64,000 nucleotides of DNA, from NCBI GenBank assembly GCA_051362555.1, contig CM120649.1:13702001-13766000 (forward strand). The letters run 5' to 3'. This document shows positions 60,409-64,000 of this stretch, piece after piece; positions within the stretch are counted from its first letter, which is position 1; each line of letters starts with the position of its first letter. A program made the translations under genes and the position numbers. This DNA comes from Lingula anatina. Taxonomy: Eukaryota; Animalia; Brachiopoda. Below the pieces are notes generated by a model, which saw only the letters and a program-made list of their open reading frames with translations, was not told the DNA's origin and did not search any database.

Positions 60409-61975
60409 TATCCTAAATAAACGTAGCATGTAAAAAACAATATTAAAACAATCACCTGTGCAGTACGCTACAGAACAAGAAGCAGTTGATGTTAGATTGT
60501 AAACGTAGAACGAGCCACAGTTCTTCACAGCTATTGGTATCTTGAAGAGACAGCATTTCTGGTTTTGGTCTGGCACAGGAACATTACCGCACGCCTCGGC
60601 TGATACTACTCCATCGGCAACGGTCGGGTGCCGCCCTGAATTGATGAAAAAAAGACAATTTTTTACATATTTAAATTTCCTTATCTTCTTATAATCGTTT
60701 ATGATAATAATTATGATTTATTCGCCTAAAATTACTACGTAAAATATCCATCAAAATTTGGACACTGTCGAAGCTCTTAAAAATGAAATAATAGAAGAAA
60801 ACAATGTTATCTTATTTTCTGCTGTCCAAGACCGATGCCCTATCATATTTCTTATCAGCATGTCGTACAACCCGAGGATTTTTTTTGTCGATATGTTCAA
60901 AAACATAATAATGAAAAAAAAATCAGTTGATTTTATTTTAAGATGTTGGCTCAAATCGCATTATCACTTTCTTAAAATACACCTGACCTTTGAACCACAC
61001 TGGAACATGGGTGCCGCAACTAAAATGATCCGGGCACTTCTCAGGCATGCGCAGTGGGGTTCCGTTTGCATCAATCATCCGGTACCATCCTGTTTTCAAT
61101 GTCCGGTCACAGAGTAAGGGGTCCAAAGGCCCCGGATGGTAATTGGTACTCCGTTCAGGGTCTTGCAGAGTCATGTAACTTTTGCACGGGTCTGCGTAAA
61201 CTTCGACTGAGCACCCTATGGAGATCAATTTATTTGATAATATTTTGCCCACTGGGTGCATATCAAATATATTCACAATGATCCAAGTGAAAGTAAACAA
61301 CGCTTAAACATTACAATTCAATGTGTTTTTTATTATAATATTTTATTATTATTTTTAATTTTTTATTATAATTCCCATTATCTACCCAGGCTGAAAAAAT
61401 ATATGCGCCAGGTACGAATCTTTCTGCCTCCAGACGCCATCGGCTTTGCTCTAAAAGAGCCGGCCAATGTTATAGCTAAACTAATAAAAGCATCTATTTG
61501 CTATTGTGCTCAATAGCTATTACTTCTCTCAATGAAGTAGTCTCTAATTGGTTGTAGTTACTAACTTTGTCACTGCAGTTTTTTTTTCTATACTAAATAT
61601 TGGAAGTTCGTGAAATTCGCACTGTGTAAAATTGTAAAATTTCCATTGATTTTCAGCTACCAGTAATACGCCAGTCTCTGCGATATTTTAGTGGCACTTA
61701 GCAAAGGTTACCATTATAGACAAAATTTGTCCCCCAAATCGAGACTATACTTTCACCAAGTAGAGAATTCCTACAACTGTGCGCATGCAAGGCATTTTTA
61801 AGATCGTTTTTTATCGTTTTGTGGCACCCTATACTATTACATCAGATATGTTGAACAATAGATCTTCCCGTTAACAGCGCGTTAGGTTGGCAAACTTTCT
61901 TGTCTAATCAAATTATTAATAAAAATGACACTTACATATCGCCACAACCAAGGCGGTGTACCGGTTCAACGCCAT
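45085..61975 (-). CDS. Secreted VWDE-like protein: D8C (UMOD/GP2/OIT3-type) - VWD - EGF - Pro/Thr linker - 2x Cys-rich module (25 exons, 1146 aa)
   Basis: Exons: 61975-61936, 61215-60988, 60635-60456, 59360-59301, 58988-58847, 58549-58423, 58170-58081, 57532-57391, 57079-56874, 56541-56465, 55942-55879, 55312-55112, 54872-54664, 53896-53752, 53009-52886, 52504-52335, 51849-51738, 51245-51086, 50757-50652, 50371-50260, 49921-49791, 49276-49168, 46358-46214, 45835-45699, 45308-45085. All are GT-AG and phase-consistent, total 3441 nt. Motifs: DPC..RS..CD..GWYR..MP..CGT..P.W..G.HP..CC..VKNCG.FYVY..C..AYC (D8C); CTGDPH..FD..GEYV..CICG..FPSG..GLCGIF (VWD); CQHGRCSNGACVCNNNWVGEDC (EGF). Confidence 0.92.
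46506..48969 (-). mobile_element. Non-autonomous Kolobok-like DNA transposon in intron 22 of the VWDE-like gene
   Basis: TTAA on both flanks (46502-46505, 48970-48973); AGG...CCT termini with weak TIRs; subterminal inverted blocks GGTCACGTGGT....TGACGACAATC and CAA(A)CTGAGCTGCA; THAP-like start MPRCVAVG on the minus strand from 48666. Confidence 0.55.
49437..49587. mobile_element. PIF/Harbinger-like MITE, 151 bp
   Basis: About 28-bp TIRs G(G/A)CCCCATTCAGA(C/A)TGGATGA(C/T)CCGAGT with ATA on both flanks; the terminus resembles that of the 225-bp MITE. Confidence 0.75.
53197..53543. repeat. Intronic minisatellite, 27-bp unit, about 13 copies
   Basis: CAACATCTACTTACGGGATATCACAT(T/C) repeated head to tail without spacers. 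Confidence 0.95.
54107..54400. repeat. Intronic minisatellite, 21-bp unit, about 14 copies
   Basis: CTTACTGACTAAA(C/T)CA(A/G)TTCT repeated head to tail. Confidence 0.95.
59447..59620. mobile_element. PIF/Harbinger-like MITE, 174 bp
   Basis: TTA TSD (59444-59446, 59621-59623); about 50-bp TIRs GCTGCATT..GAACAGTGGACT.ACTAGTCCGCGG.TCAAATATGGC. Confidence 0.85.
59684..59893. mobile_element. Tc1/mariner-type MITE, 210 bp
   Basis: TA-CACTCGACCA.AAAGTT ... AACTTTTTTGGTCGAGTG-TA. Confidence 0.75.
60162..60368. mobile_element. Foldback (nearly wholly palindromic) MITE-like element
   Basis: Outer arms CATCGTACTAGTTGGATCGATCCAACTC / GAGTTGCCTCGATCCAGTTGGTACGATG and inner arms GCTTAAATGCCTGACACGCCTCCTCGAGTTGCTAG / CTAGCTACTCAAGAAGGCGTTTCGGGCAATTAAGC are imperfect reverse complements. 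Confidence 0.75.
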
Positions 61976-62661
61976 CCTGACTATCTGTATTGGTAACATT
62001 GATGTAACGTGTGCCCTTAGCGTCGTGACAAACAGACTTGGGGCTTACAATGGAGGTCCCCAGTAGCGGAGAGGGTTTTTATATTGAGCATGGGCATCAA
62101 CCGAGATACGCCAAAGTCTCGCGATTGACGCAAAATGATGCGAGTTTTAGCGGGATTTGTAGGAGAATGGGGTCAGAGGTGATGTCAGACAAGCTACTGC
62201 AGTGCAGCGCCGAATAAAGCTAAACAATTCATCCACTGATAATTTCTAGATGTTCTTTTTTTAACTTCTGTATAATGCCTTTTTTAAAACGGAACGAGTT
62301 CAACATTCGTCAGTTTTAACTGTTTGAAAAGTAATGACCCCAGCGCATATATTTCTCCCTAATCGTCTGAAGGCCCATCTCCATTTCGCGCGGATTAATT
62401 CTCACTCTTATTTTATTCAAGTCTCGTTCGGCGTTAAGCTGCCGTCAGTCTTTTTCATGTTTTCTCGGATGATATGCATTGTTCGCATGGAAAGGGTGGT
62501 TAGGGAAAAAGCAGCCTGATTTGACTGCAGTTCTCTTTATTTTAGTGTATAAAAACAATTGGTACGTTATATGTTTTTAGAAGAGACGTATAATATGTCT
62601 CCATTCATTATTTACTCATTTATTAATCAATATACTTTGTTGAGTTATCATTATGATGAAA

Positions 62662-62770
62662 TAACACTGATCACCTGTTTTAAAGACCGGGTCCCCATTT
62701 CCTCAAAATGAATCATTATTTTGAAAAAACACTGACCATCTGTTTTAAAGACAGGGTCCATTTCCTCAAA
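62662..62770. repeat. Local tandem duplication, about 45 bp x2
   Basis: AACACTGA.CA.CTGTTTTAAAGAC.GGGTCC..ATTTCCTCAAA occurs twice. Confidence 0.8.
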
Positions 62771-63296
62771 TTGAACTTCCTTAAGCGGTGGCCTTGTAGT
62801 CTAATGCAGTCACGAATATCACCCTTATCGGACGAGACGAGCGTGTTGTTGGACGTTGCCAAAACAGTTCAAACACACGTCTACATATCTGTTTTATTTT
62901 ACATATGGTGTGTTCACATACGAATATTTACCAGTTGCATCAACTCCATATATATCTAAAATACACCAGTGCAGCAGTGGTCTGTTTAAATGATGAGAGA
63001 TTTGTTGTTAGTACTGCTGAGCAAAACAGATGGACCACCGCTGTACTGGTACCGTCCGTCTGCATTCTCGTCATTTAGAATGGACGTGGACTGGTTTTGT
63101 CGCGTTTTACGTGAACACTCCTAAATATATTGAAATAGCCCCGCTGCTGCTATCTTGGCTTCGTAATCAGTCGTCCGGCTGATCGATTCCCACGCTGGTG
63201 GAGACAAGGCAGATATGACAGATGATAGACTGGGGACTGATTTCACAGGGTAACTTTCGTCAGAATTTGGGTCTGAAATTTATTCGCTCAGCCTTA

Positions 63297-63521
63297 GACC
63301 CCATTCCCATAGATTTTAGATCGATCTATTCCTGTGGGGAGTCTCACTAGATTACTGTCAGCTTAGCCGGCTTAAGCGTCTGTCCCGCCTACTAAAAGCT
63401 GTAAGGGGGTAATTTACTATGGTGCGCGCTCGGCTGACTGCAGTTTAGCGTGAACCCCCAGGGAGTTAGGTCGATCTAAATCTTAATCTCTGGATCGATC
63501 TAAATCTCTGGGAATGCACCC
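63297..63521. mobile_element. PIF/Harbinger-like MITE, 225 bp, copy 2
   Basis: Colinear with 5232-5456, same length, scattered substitutions, TTA on both flanks. Confidence 0.85.
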
Positions 63522-63571
63522 TTAAATTTCCCAGTAAATCGGTTGTACTTCACTCAGATGAGATACTGCAC

Positions 63572-63837
63572 CAGGGACGTGTCCAGGATTATTTGAAGAG
63601 GGGGTCCGCGGATGCGAAGCCGACCCTTCCCTCCCCCTTTTGGTGTAGGGGTCGGGGCCCGCTGAATGGCCCCTAAAAATATGGTATTTTAGAGGGCGAA
63701 CAGTGCCTTAGGTACGGTTTAGAACTAAGATTCAGCTAGTCTAAATTCTAATTTCAAGAGAGGACCATTGGTGTGATTTTTTCAGAAATCGAAGGGGGGG
63801 GGGGGTCAGGACCCCCCTCCCCCTGAATCCGCTACTG
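63572..63837. mobile_element. MITE with CAG..CGGAT type termini (hAT-like)
   Basis: CAGGGACGTGTCCAGG ... CCTGAATCCGCTACTG imperfect inverted ends and a G/C-run-rich interior. Confidence 0.5.
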
Positions 63838-64000
63838 CCACACTTTTCGTAAATGCAGCCAATAGCACTTCCCTTCTAATGGTTTACTGCAGACTTATTC
63901 TTAACTGAAATACTCCTATATTTTCCCGTATTTTTCTCAATGCATCTTTTTTTATCAAGAGAATTGGGACGGGACCCGCTGTTTCGCCGTAGAAAAAAGG

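Overview
AT-rich, intron-rich animal genomic DNA, inferred from gene content to be a marine invertebrate, probably a lophotrochozoan such as a mollusc. Most ORF-track entries are artefacts or single exons. Exons were assembled by hand from splice sites and phases. The genes are: (1) a 4-exon secreted Diedel-like 12-Cys peptide with an RKR site and a decaying EF-hand tail; (2, 3) two paralogous secreted PAN/Apple + CASPR-type fibrinogen-like proteins; (4) between them, an internally deleted SLC16/MCT-like transporter, probably a pseudogene; (5) a 545-aa CARD + coiled-coil protein; (6) a 25-exon, 1146-aa secreted protein with D8C, VWD (GDPH), EGF, a Pro/Thr linker and two copies of a Cys-rich module I cannot name. 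Introns hold a truncated Penelope-like retroelement with a minimal hammerhead motif, a P-superfamily element, a mariner deletion derivative, a Kolobok-like element, many MITEs and minisatellites. All family calls come from motif recognition; no database search was run.
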